Part shown: piece after piece, positions 17,058-24,682 of the stretch
How positions within the stretch are numbered: position 1 is the stretch's first letter
How the letters are laid out: each line of letters starts with the position of its first letter
From: Candidatus Kuenenia stuttgartensis
Lineage (GTDB): Bacteria > Planctomycetota > Brocadiia > Brocadiales > Brocadiaceae
DNA length: 32,000 nucleotides
Direction of reading: 5' to 3'
Assembly (NCBI RefSeq): GCF_900232105.1
Contig: NZ_LT934425.1
Span: 2,400,001-2,432,000, forward strand
Notes under the pieces: model-generated
Told to the model about the DNA's origin: nothing
The model's input: the letters and a program-made list of their open reading frames with translations, nothing else
Database searches by the model: none
Position numbers and translations under genes: made by a program

Positions 17058-17083
17058 GCCAGGAAGACCGCAGGCCGGAAGAC

Positions 17084-17359
17084 TTGTTGTTTCAGGTATT
17101 TATCGATCGGGACATTGAACAGACCCTGCCGGCGGTGAAAGAAACGATTGAGGGTAAAACCGTGTTTTTTGTGGACGATAATGTGCTGACGACCTGTTTT
17201 GATAACGGCATTACCGAAGAGCTGGTGAAACGCCTGGCAAAACGCAAACCCCTGCGTGCGGTATTCCGCGATAGCTCATACGGCAGCGACAGTGTAAAGA
17301 TCAATCTGGAGCGGATATTTAAGATCCTATCTCCATGTACTGATGTCCGATCGATTTAG
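17084..17359 (+). pseudogene. C-terminal tail fragment resembling N6-adenine DNA methyltransferases (type III Mod or type IIG-like)
   Basis: KPLRAVFRDSSYGSDSVKINLERIFKILSPCTDVRSI resembles the conserved tail (..VFRD.GF..D..KIN..QIFK.LSP.T.V..I) that I recall from R-M methyltransferases. There are only 91 codons, the start is a TTG, and no catalytic motifs are present. Confidence 0.4.
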
Positions 17360-17373
17360 GGAAAGAACCACAG

Positions 17374-18605
17374 ATGAATACAGATAAACACGGATTTGGA
17401 TTCGAAAAACTGGTTGTGCTATTTGCGCAGACACAGAGTGAACTACAGAAACAGGCGGCCCGTTCGGTTGATATTGCTTTAGTAATTCGCAACTGGCTCT
17501 TTGGCTGGTATATCGTGGAGTTTGAAAATGGCGGTGCAGAGCGGGCGGAACTGTATGGCAAGAAACTTCTTCAATGCCTTTCTGCGGAGCTCAAACAGGC
17601 TGGGCTGAAAGGTGTTTCACTAACTAATTTGAAGCAGTTCAGGCTGTTTTACGAAACCTACAAAGAGATTGGTCGGGCACCGCCTGACCAATCTTCTATC
17701 GATACAAACAACTGGGGAAAAATTACACAGACTGTGTTTGCGCAATCTCTGAATGTCGATACCCAAAAGATTCGGCAGGCAGCGCCTGACCAATCTCAAG
17801 AAACAAGGGCATGCCTGCAGGAAATCACGGCAAAACTGTCAGCTCGCTTTGTGCTTGGCTGGACGCATTATGTCACGCTTCTCACGGTTAAAAATAGTGA
17901 AGAAAGGCGGTTTTATGAAATTGAAGCCGCAGAAAAAACGGCTGGGGATATCGTGAACTGGAACGTCAGATTAACTCGGCTCTTTATGATCGGCTTGCTT
18001 TGAGTCGTGACAAAGAGGAGGTGAGAAGATTATCCACACATGGACAACTCCTCGAAAAACCGGCGGATGTGATCAAAAATCCTTACATTTTAGAGTTTAC
18101 GGGATTGGAAGAATGCAAAGCATTCAGTGAGCATGATCTGGAAACAGCTCTTATCGACAAAATAGAGTATTTTCTCCTGGAATTGGGTAAGGGGTTCCTG
18201 TTCGAGTCCTGCCAGAAACGCTTCTCCTTCGAGAATCGTCATTTTTATGTAGATCTGGTTTTTTACAACCGACTTCTGCGCTGTTACACTATAATTGACC
18301 TCGAAATTGGTGACTTAAAACATCAGGATTTGGGTCAAATGCAAATGTATGTGAATTATTTCGACCGTTATGTAAAACTCGATGAGGAAAATCCAACGGT
18401 CGGTATTCTGCTCTGTCTCAGCAAAAGTGATGAACTGGTTTAATTGACACTTCCGAAAGATTCCAATATCTACGCATCGGAATATCAACTTTATCTGCCT
18501 TCCAAAGAAGAACTGAAAAACCAACTGGAAGATGCACAACGGGAATGGGAAGCGCACCATGATAAGGAAATACCTGTTCAGAACTTGTGTAGCTATTCAG
18601 CGTAA
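17374..18605 (+). pseudogene. yhcG: YhcG/DUF1016 PD-(D/E)xK nuclease gene, disrupted by a frameshift and an in-frame stop
   Basis: The N-terminal part is AARSVDIALVIRNWLFGWYIVEFENGGAERAELYGKKLL. LGWTHYVTLLTVKNSEERRFYEIEA follows. After the A6 run at 17933-17938 the homologous reading KNGWGYRELERQINSALYDRLALSRDKEEV continues in another frame. The core LLELGKGFLFESCQKRF...FYVDLVFYNRLLRCYTIIDLEIGDLKHQDLGQMQMYVNY follows. A TAA at 18441-18443 then interrupts ..SDELV*LTLPKDSNIYASEYQLYLPSKEELK. Confidence 0.8.
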
Positions 18606-18678
18606 TCTATTAAACTACCGAAGCACCACTCGTTCTCAAACCTTGTACTGAACATAGTGAAGTATCTGATTGGGTACG
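18589..18678. repeat. Decayed partial copy of the MITE-like element
   Basis: gtagctattcagcgtaatctattaaa...cgttctcaaaccttgtactgaacatagtgaagtatctgattgggtacg aligns with 6011-6108. The 28 nt ccttgtactgaacatagtgaagtatctg are identical. The right TIR is missing and the inner stem is degenerate. Confidence 0.75.
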
Positions 18679-18821
18679 TAATGGCAATGGAAACTACATT
18701 CGTGGGCTCAGGTTTGTAACCGTTCGGCTGAGCTCACGACGAAGCCTGACCCAAACGTTTTATCCTTTTAATCCAGCCTTCTATTGGCAGAACAAATGAC
18801 AAATAAATTTCAGATTCCAAA

Positions 18822-18937
18822 CAGTCATCATGTTTCATTTGCGACACCCGGAAACGATGAAAATGGTTTTATAACCATATAGTGTTGTAATATATGTACT
18901 TAAGCTTTTTTTGTAGTCTTACTTTCGAGTCGGAAAC
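18822..18937 (+). repeat. Direct repeat DR1 (about 116 bp)
   Basis: cagtcatcatgtttcatttgcgacacccggaaacgatgaaaatggttttataaccatatagtgttgtaatatatgtacttaagc... is roughly nine-tenths identical by eye to 19344-19460. Weaker similarity extends about 25 nt further upstream. Confidence 0.85.
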
Positions 18938-19039
18938 ATCTGGCATTTCTGTTTATGTACCGGTTCAAATGTGTAGGGCCATCCAAAAGGTATCAGCTTG
19001 TTATTGCAAGGGGCTCGGCTTGTCATTGCAGGGATCTCA

Positions 19040-19247
19040 GCTTGTCATTGCGAGGGTCTTTTCCGAAGCAATCAGTATACTACGAGATATTTCGTGGCGT
19101 AAGAAACGCCATATCGCGGGAGAGGCAAATTAAGGGTGGCTCAAGGGCTAAAAAAAATAGAATTAATTAATGGAATGAATGCAGGATGGAAGGATCGCTA
19201 TGACGGTTTATGAGATTGCTTCGGAAAAGACCCTCGCAATGACAAGC
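19040..19247. mobile_element. Inverted-repeat-bounded GIY-YIG cassette remnant
   Basis: There are 34-bp perfect inverted repeats: gcttgtcattgcgagggtcttttccgaagcaatc (19040-19073) and gattgcttcggaaaagaccctcgcaatgacaagc (19214-19247). Further degenerate cttgt(c/t)attgc units lie outside both arms. The arms abut the gene stub to within 1 nt. Confidence 0.7.
19075..19213 (+). pseudogene. GIY-YIG nuclease family protein, C-terminal stub with a frameshift
   Basis: VYYEIFRGVRNAISRERQIKGGSRAKK is followed, after the A8 run at 19150-19157, by a shifted frame reading IELINGMNAGWKDRYDGL*. This matches the family tail (.YYE.F....AI.REKQIK.WSR.KK..LI...NP.W.DL). The GIY...YIG N-terminal half is absent. 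Confidence 0.6.
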
Positions 19248-19343
19248 CGATGCCCTTGTAAATGACAAGCATGTGGTTTTGGTATGATGGATAGAGAATC
19301 GGGTTTCTAATCCGCTTCCACTTGTAATGACAAAATAAGTCAT

Positions 19344-19460
19344 CAGTCATCATGTTGCATTTGCAACACCCAGAAACGATGAAAATGGTTTTATAACCAT
19401 ATAATGTTGTAATATATGTACTTAAGCTATTTTTTGTATTCTTACTTCCGAGACTGAAAT
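19344..19460 (+). repeat. Direct repeat DR2, immediately upstream of the 19477 gene
   Basis: This is the second copy of DR1, 522 bp downstream of it. It carries the intact palindromes tgttgcatttgcaaca and atggttttataaccat and a tataat hexamer. DR1 has tgtttcatttgcgaca and tatagt at the same places. Confidence 0.85.
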
Positions 19461-19476
19461 TAATATACATTTGAAG

Positions 19477-21420
19477 ATGTTAAACAGAAAATATCATATT
19501 TTGTTATTTGCGATAATCGTTGCCACCCCTCTTATCGTCTATCTCAATTCCCTGGCAAATACGTTTGTTTATGACGATTACCTCACGATAACTAATAATC
19601 ACTTTATTCGTGAATGGCGTTATATTACCGCACTTTTTAGCAAGAAATATGCCGCTGTATCTAATGAACTGACGTACCGCCCCATTGTTACCCTTTCGTA
19701 TTTTATCGACTATGCCCTCTGGGGGCTAAGGCCTGCCGGATACCACTTCGTCAATAACATTATCCACACAGTCAATGTGGTTTTATTGTATTTTCTGGCG
19801 TATCGGCTTTTTGGGAATCGTATAGTCTCTTTGATCTCGTGCCTGATGTTTTCCATACATCCGGTATTTTCTGAGGCAGTAAATGCTATAAGCTATCGGG
19901 AGGATCTTTTATCTGCGACCTTTTTGTTGATTGCGTTTATTTTTTTTCTCAAATCTTCAGATAAAACGGCAAGCGTCAGGAATCTTTCTGCCTTTTATGC
20001 GGTATCCCTGATTGCCTATTTCTTTGCGTTATTATCAAAGGAAATGGCAATTACCTTTCCCCTCCTTGCATTTGCCTACGATTTTATTTTTAAAAGAAAT
20101 GAGATTGCCAGCCGCCAGTGTGCCGGTATGCTTTCGCGCAGTGTTTATTTTTTCAGGGGCCGTTTTGTTACCCACTATATCGGATACATTATTATTAACG
20201 GCATATATTTGTTTTTGCGATTCAAGGTATTTAAAAATCCGGGAGAAGTGATATTTTATCCTGAAAAAAGCATCTTTATAAACGCCCTTATGATGACGAA
20301 GGTAGTTGGGTATTACCTTAAACTTTTCTTCATTCCCATGCCCTTAAATGCAGATTATGTTGTTCCTGTTGCATATTCTGTATTCGATGGGGCGTTTATT
20401 ATTTCTCTTGTGGTAATCTGCGGCACCATGGTACTGGTAAAAAAAAATTGTTTTTCCGGGAAGTGGGTTTTTGCTTTCACCTGGTTTTTTGTATCGATGT
20501 TGCCCGTGCTTAACATAGCCCCTCTGCTGAATATAATGGCGGAAAGATATCTTTATATCCCGGGCATAGGATTTACCCTGTTTGCGGGACTGGCATTTAA
20601 CAAAGGCTTTCAATGTTTTTACAGAAGAAGGCATTATTTTTTGTCATTTGTGGTGATAATTTGTTTTTTGCTGATGTGGGGGACAATACAGAGAAACGGG
20701 ATCTGGCTTAATGAATTTACCTTCAGCACGGAAACGATACGCCGTTCGCCAAAGAGTTACAGGATTTACAATGGCCTTGGATATTTTTATTACAATAATG
20801 GCTTAATCGATAAGGCAATTCAGGCGTTTGAAGGCTCTATACAGGCAATGCCGACACATCCAAAGGCGCACAGCAATCTCGGCGCAGCGTATTCTCTGAA
20901 GGGAATGCAGGACAAGGCGATTGAGGAACTGCAATTTGCCGTTCGGCTGAGAGATCAATACCCGGAAGCGCATAACAATCTGGGACTCCTTTATAAAAGA
21001 AAAGGCATGCCCGACATGGCGATTAATGAATATGTGGCGGCGCTTAAAACAAACCCCTATTATGCGGATGCGCATAATAATCTCGGAAGCGTTTATATTG
21101 ACACGGGAAGGTATGAAGAAGCCCTTTCTGAATTAGAAAAGGCATTAAAAATCAGAAGCAACTTCGCGCTGGCGCACTATAATATGGCGGTAATCTACTT
21201 CAAAAAGGGCCAGGTGGAAGATGCGTATAATAAACTTTTGGAAGCTTACAAGCTGGACCCCGGCAATGCCGATGTTCATCTCAGTCTTGGAGTTGTTTAT
21301 AAAGACCATTTTCACGATACTGCCAAAGCTCTTTTTCACATAAAAGAGTCATTACGTATAAATCCACAGCACAAACAGGCGGAGGAAATGAGGAAGGTTA
21401 TCAGGGAATTAACCCCGTAA
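19477..21420 (+). CDS. TMTC-like GT-C-type polytopic membrane protein with a C-terminal TPR array (putative protein glycosyl/mannosyltransferase)
   Basis: The track ORF starts at TTG 19471; the ATG at 19477 is more likely. The first loop has FVYDDYLTITNNHFIR (a DD motif), followed by about 10 hydrophobic helices. The C-terminal 220 aa are TPR units (AHSNLGAAYSLKGMQDKAIEELQFAVRL, AHNNLGLLYKRKGMPDMAINEYVAALKTNP and others). Confidence 0.65.
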   Translation: MLNRKYHILLFAIIVATPLIVYLNSLANTFVYDDYLTITNNHFIREWRYITALFSKKYAAVSNELTYRPIVTLSYFIDYALWGLRPAGYHFVNNIIHTVNVVLLYFLAYRLFGNRIVSLISCLMFSIHPVFSEAVNAISYREDLLSATFLLIAFIFFLKSSDKTASVRNLSAFYAVSLIAYFFALLSKEMAITFPLLAFAYDFIFKRNEIASRQCAGMLSRSVYFFRGRFVTHYIGYIIINGIYLFLRFKVFKNPGEVIFYPEKSIFINALMMTKVVGYYLKLFFIPMPLNADYVVPVAYSVFDGAFIISLVVICGTMVLVKKNCFSGKWVFAFTWFFVSMLPVLNIAPLLNIMAERYLYIPGIGFTLFAGLAFNKGFQCFYRRRHYFLSFVVIICFLLMWGTIQRNGIWLNEFTFSTETIRRSPKSYRIYNGLGYFYYNNGLIDKAIQAFEGSIQAMPTHPKAHSNLGAAYSLKGMQDKAIEELQFAVRLRDQYPEAHNNLGLLYKRKGMPDMAINEYVAALKTNPYYADAHNNLGSVYIDTGRYEEALSELEKALKIRSNFALAHYNMAVIYFKKGQVEDAYNKLLEAYKLDPGNADVHLSLGVVYKDHFHDTAKALFHIKESLRINPQHKQAEEMRKVIRELTP

Positions 21421-21424
21421 GAAA

Positions 21425-21503
21425 GTCGGCAATCTACAGTCGGCAATCGGCAAATTGCAGATTGGGGATTGCAGACTGAGGACTGTTTTCGTGCTTAGGC
21501 TGG
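21425..21503. repeat. Mosaic intergenic repeat, partial copy D
   Basis: gtcggcaatctacagtcggcaatcggcaaattgcagattggggattgcagactgaggactgttttcgtgcttaggctgg has the same modules and orientation as copy E. It starts 5 nt after the stop codon. Confidence 0.7.
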
Positions 21504-21554
21504 TTAAAAGGGAGTGAAACCGCAGATTGTCATATCATACACACTAAAACCACA

Positions 21555-21575
21555 ATGGGATACCCCATTTTTTTT
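21555..21575 (+). terminator. Weak intrinsic terminator
   Basis: atggg-atac-cccat forms a 5-bp stem followed by eight T residues. Confidence 0.35.
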
Positions 21576-21576
21576 G

Positions 21577-21606
21577 TTGCAAAGAACGGAAGGTCTTTGC
21601 TATACT
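21577..21606 (+). promoter_or_regulatory. Candidate sigma70-type promoter for rpsO-pnp
   Basis: TTGCAA (21577-21582), an 18-nt spacer, then TATACT (21601-21606), about 90 nt upstream of the rpsO ATG. Confidence 0.35.
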
Positions 21607-21694
21607 TTGCCTTTATATTGTTTGTTTTAGCGATAAGTTAATAGGTATTTACACATAGGGCAATGTGGGTATTTTTAAAGGATTTGGTGTTTCG

Positions 21695-21961
21695 ATGATA
21701 AGTAAAGAAGCAAAACAGAAAATTATTAATGATCTTAAAATTCATGAAAATGATACAGGTTCTTCAGAAGTGCAGATAGCTTTGCTCACGGGACGAATCA
21801 ATCATTTAACGGGCCATCTGAAGGTGCATAAGAAAGATAACGCATCGAGAAGAGGATTGTTGCAGATGGTCGGCAATCGTTCAGCGTTACTTAATTATTT
21901 ATCAAGAACAGACCGCGAAAGATACAAAAAACTAATAAATAAACTAGGTTTACGCAAATAA
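21695..21961 (+). CDS. rpsO: 30S ribosomal protein S15
   Basis: [69 protein letters not shown] gives 89 aa from the ATG at 21695. The track's GTG at 21665 would add an atypical extension. Confidence 0.95.
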   Translation: MISKEAKQKIINDLKIHENDTGSSEVQIALLTGRINHLTGHLKVHKKDNASRRGLLQMVGNRSALLNYLSRTDRERYKKLINKLGLRK

Positions 21962-22078
21962 ATCTAAATTCATGGAGGAATCAATATACATACCCACACC
22001 AATGCATAAGACAATTAAAACTAACCATTCCTTTGCTGGTCAATGGAAAATTTAAAGAACATAGATTGAGAGGTCAAA

Positions 22079-24196
22079 ATGGCACAATTTAAAGTGGAGA
22101 AGTTGATCGGCAATAGAGCGCTTAGCATAGAAACAGGCCGGGTCGCAAGGCAGGCTGATGGTGCCGTATTAGTGCAATATGGCGAAACTATAGTATTGGT
22201 TACAGCGGTTTCTGCATCAGAAGAAAAGGGAAACGTAGATTTTCTTCCACTTACCGTCGATTACCGGGAAAAGACATACGCTGCCGGGAAATTTCCTGGC
22301 GGTTTTTTCAAGAGAGAAGGAAGACCTTCTCAAAAAGAAATCCTCACCATGCGGTTGATAGACCGCCCTATCAGACCACTCTTTCCGGATACGTACTTCC
22401 GCGAAGTGCAGGTTATGTCAATAGTGCTTTCCGCAGATAAGGAAAATGATCCTGATATACTTGCGATGGTGGGCGCTTCCGCCGCATTATCCATTTCAAG
22501 CATTCCCTTTAGCAAACCTACTGGCTCGGTAAGAGTTGGGCAAATTGAAGGGAAATTTATTATCAACCCCACACATGCCGAGTTGGCACAAAGCAGCATG
22601 GATATTGTTGTCTCCGGGACAGAGGATGCCGTTATGATGGTTGAGGCGTCTGCAAAGGAAATTCCCGAAGAACAGATGGTGGATGCCATTATGTTTGGAC
22701 ATGCGGCTATAAAAGAAATCATAACTCTTCAACACGAACTTATTGAAAAATGCGGAAAAGAAAAGCAAATTGTTGCTCCTTCCATGATGAATAAAGAACT
22801 CATGGAAGAAGTTAAACAAAAATATTATACCGCTATTGTAGAAAAGAATCTGACTCCTGGAAAAGGATACCGAAAAGAAGCGCTTGATGAAATACTTGCG
22901 GCCATAATTAATGAATACTGTGTAGAAGGCGTCGAAAATGCACCTACACCAAAAGAAATTAAAGCAATATTTGAGACAGTTGAAACAATTGTAGTCCGGG
23001 AACAAATAGTGTCTAAAGGATTGCGACCCGATTCCCGCGGATTGAAGGATATAAGACCTATTACCTGTGAGGTTGGCATTCTCCCCAGAGTACATGGCTC
23101 TGCTTTGTTTACAAGGGGAGAAACACAGGCAATTGTTGTGGTAACCCTAGGTACCACATCGGACGAACAAAAAGTGGACGGACTTGAAGATGAATATTCA
23201 AAGAAATTTATGCTGGATTACAATTTTCCGCCTTTTTGTGTTGGTGAAACAAAGCCGTTGCGAGGTCCTGGCAGGAGAGAAATCGGGCATGGCGCATTGG
23301 CGGAGCGGGCACTGGCAGAAGTCCTTCCACCACCGAACAAATTCCCTTACACAACCCGTGTGGTGTCTGATATAACCGAATCTAACGGGTCTTCTTCGAT
23401 GGCATCAGTTTGCGGCGGGACGCTTGCTTTAATGGATGCCGGTGTGCCTATAAAAGCTCCTGTAGCCGGCATTGCTATGGGTTTGGTGAAAGAAGAGAAC
23501 AGTGTATGTATTTTATCTGACATATTAGGGACCGAAGATCACCTGGGAGATATGGATTTTAAGGTTGCAGGCACCGCGCAGGGCGTAACTGCTTTGCAAA
23601 TGGATATAAAAATTGCTGGAATTACTGAGAAAATAATGCGTGATGCACTGGCGCAAGCCAGGGAGGGCAGGCTTCATATTCTTCAGGAACTGGAAAAAGT
23701 CATTGAAAAACCGAGAGAAAAAATTTCTGTATACGCGCCAAAAATTGTACAGATTAAAATTAACCCGGAAAAAATCGGAATGATTATTGGCCCTGGCGGA
23801 AAAAACATAAAGAAAATACAGGAAGAAACCGGGGCAAAAATTGAAATTGAAGATGATGGAACGGTAATCATTTCCGCAACCCTTGGTGAATCGGCAGAAA
23901 AAGCAAAAACATGGATTGAAAATATGACGAAGGAAGTTGAGGTTGGAAAAACGTATAAGGGAAAAGTTTTATCAATAAAAGAATATGGGGCGTTTGTTGA
24001 GATAATTCCCGGGCACGATGGCTTGGTACATATTTCCGAGCTTTCTTACGAATATGTTGAAAAGGCGGGTGATGTTGTGGAGGTAGGCCAGGAAATAATG
24101 ATAAAAGTAATCGGCATAGATGACCAGAAGAGAGTCAAATTAAGCAGGAAAGCTGCTTTAAAGGAAAGCGAACAACCCCTTACTCCTAAGAATTAA
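22079..24196 (+). CDS. pnp: Polyribonucleotide nucleotidyltransferase (PNPase)
   Basis: 705 aa with two RNase PH domains (FLPLTVDYREKTYAAGKFPGGFFKREGRPS; TEDHLGDMDFKVAGT). KH (GMIIGPGGKNIKKIQEETGAKIEI) and S1 (GKVLSIKEYGAFVEI) domains follow. It is directly downstream of rpsO, as is typical. Confidence 0.97.
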   Translation: MAQFKVEKLIGNRALSIETGRVARQADGAVLVQYGETIVLVTAVSASEEKGNVDFLPLTVDYREKTYAAGKFPGGFFKREGRPSQKEILTMRLIDRPIRPLFPDTYFREVQVMSIVLSADKENDPDILAMVGASAALSISSIPFSKPTGSVRVGQIEGKFIINPTHAELAQSSMDIVVSGTEDAVMMVEASAKEIPEEQMVDAIMFGHAAIKEIITLQHELIEKCGKEKQIVAPSMMNKELMEEVKQKYYTAIVEKNLTPGKGYRKEALDEILAAIINEYCVEGVENAPTPKEIKAIFETVETIVVREQIVSKGLRPDSRGLKDIRPITCEVGILPRVHGSALFTRGETQAIVVVTLGTTSDEQKVDGLEDEYSKKFMLDYNFPPFCVGETKPLRGPGRREIGHGALAERALAEVLPPPNKFPYTTRVVSDITESNGSSSMASVCGGTLALMDAGVPIKAPVAGIAMGLVKEENSVCILSDILGTEDHLGDMDFKVAGTAQGVTALQMDIKIAGITEKIMRDALAQAREGRLHILQELEKVIEKPREKISVYAPKIVQIKINPEKIGMIIGPGGKNIKKIQEETGAKIEIEDDGTVIISATLGESAEKAKTWIENMTKEVEVGKTYKGKVLSIKEYGAFVEIIPGHDGLVHISELSYEYVEKAGDVVEVGQEIMIKVIGIDDQKRVKLSRKAALKESEQPLTPKN

Positions 24197-24396
24197 AATT
24201 AACTATAATTGGGTATAATATTTGAGAAAATTTCAAAAAGGAGGACGTATTAGAGATTCTGTAAACAAATAATATATCTATTTTATATCTTTTTTATCTT
24301 TTTAGGAGGATGTAGAATCGTACGGTAAAGAAAAATGTTGCTAAGTTTGTTCGTTTTTTTAAAGTGGTAAGTATTAAATATAAGGAGAATGAGATA

Positions 24397-24603
24397 ATGG
24401 CGATTGGCAAAGTCAAGTGGTTTGATGCAAAAAAGGGTTTTGGTTTTATCGAGCAAGATGGCGGAGGAGACGTCTTTGTTCACTATTCCAATATTGGCGG
24501 TGACGGATTCAAAACACTCGAAGACGGAGAAAAGGTAGAATTTGAAGTCGTCGAAGGAGCGAAAGGCCTGCAAGCCCAAAAAGTTAATCGCGTAGCTTCT
24601 TAA
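24397..24603 (+). CDS. CspA-family cold-shock protein
   Basis: [33 protein letters not shown] contains RNP1 (KGFGFI) and RNP2 (VFVHY). An aaggag Shine-Dalgarno sequence lies 9 nt upstream of the ATG at 24397. Confidence 0.95.
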   Translation: MAIGKVKWFDAKKGFGFIEQDGGGDVFVHYSNIGGDGFKTLEDGEKVEFEVVEGAKGLQAQKVNRVAS

Positions 24604-24627
24604 AAAATATATAAAATATCATTTAAC

Positions 24628-24673
24628 GAGCCGGGAGGAAGCACATTCAGCCATCTTCCTGGCTCTTTTTTTT
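24628..24673 (+). terminator. Intrinsic terminator after csp
   Basis: gagccgggaggaag...cttcctggctc forms a GC-rich stem followed by eight T residues. Confidence 0.8.
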
Positions 24674-24682
24674 AATAAAAAA

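Noticed and set aside
18894-19470. Track ORFs 18894..19133 (+), 18955..19170 (+) and 19198..19470 (-) as genes.
   Set aside because: They read through the direct and inverted repeats (VIARG.., SLRGSFPKQS appear on both strands). Only the last roughly 30 codons of 18955..19170 show real homology (the GIY-YIG tail), and that part is annotated as a pseudogene stub.
22330-23157. Antisense ORFs inside pnp (130, 199 and 110 aa).
   Set aside because: The sense strand encodes an unmistakable full-length PNPase. The antisense products have no motifs. They are typical shadow ORFs.
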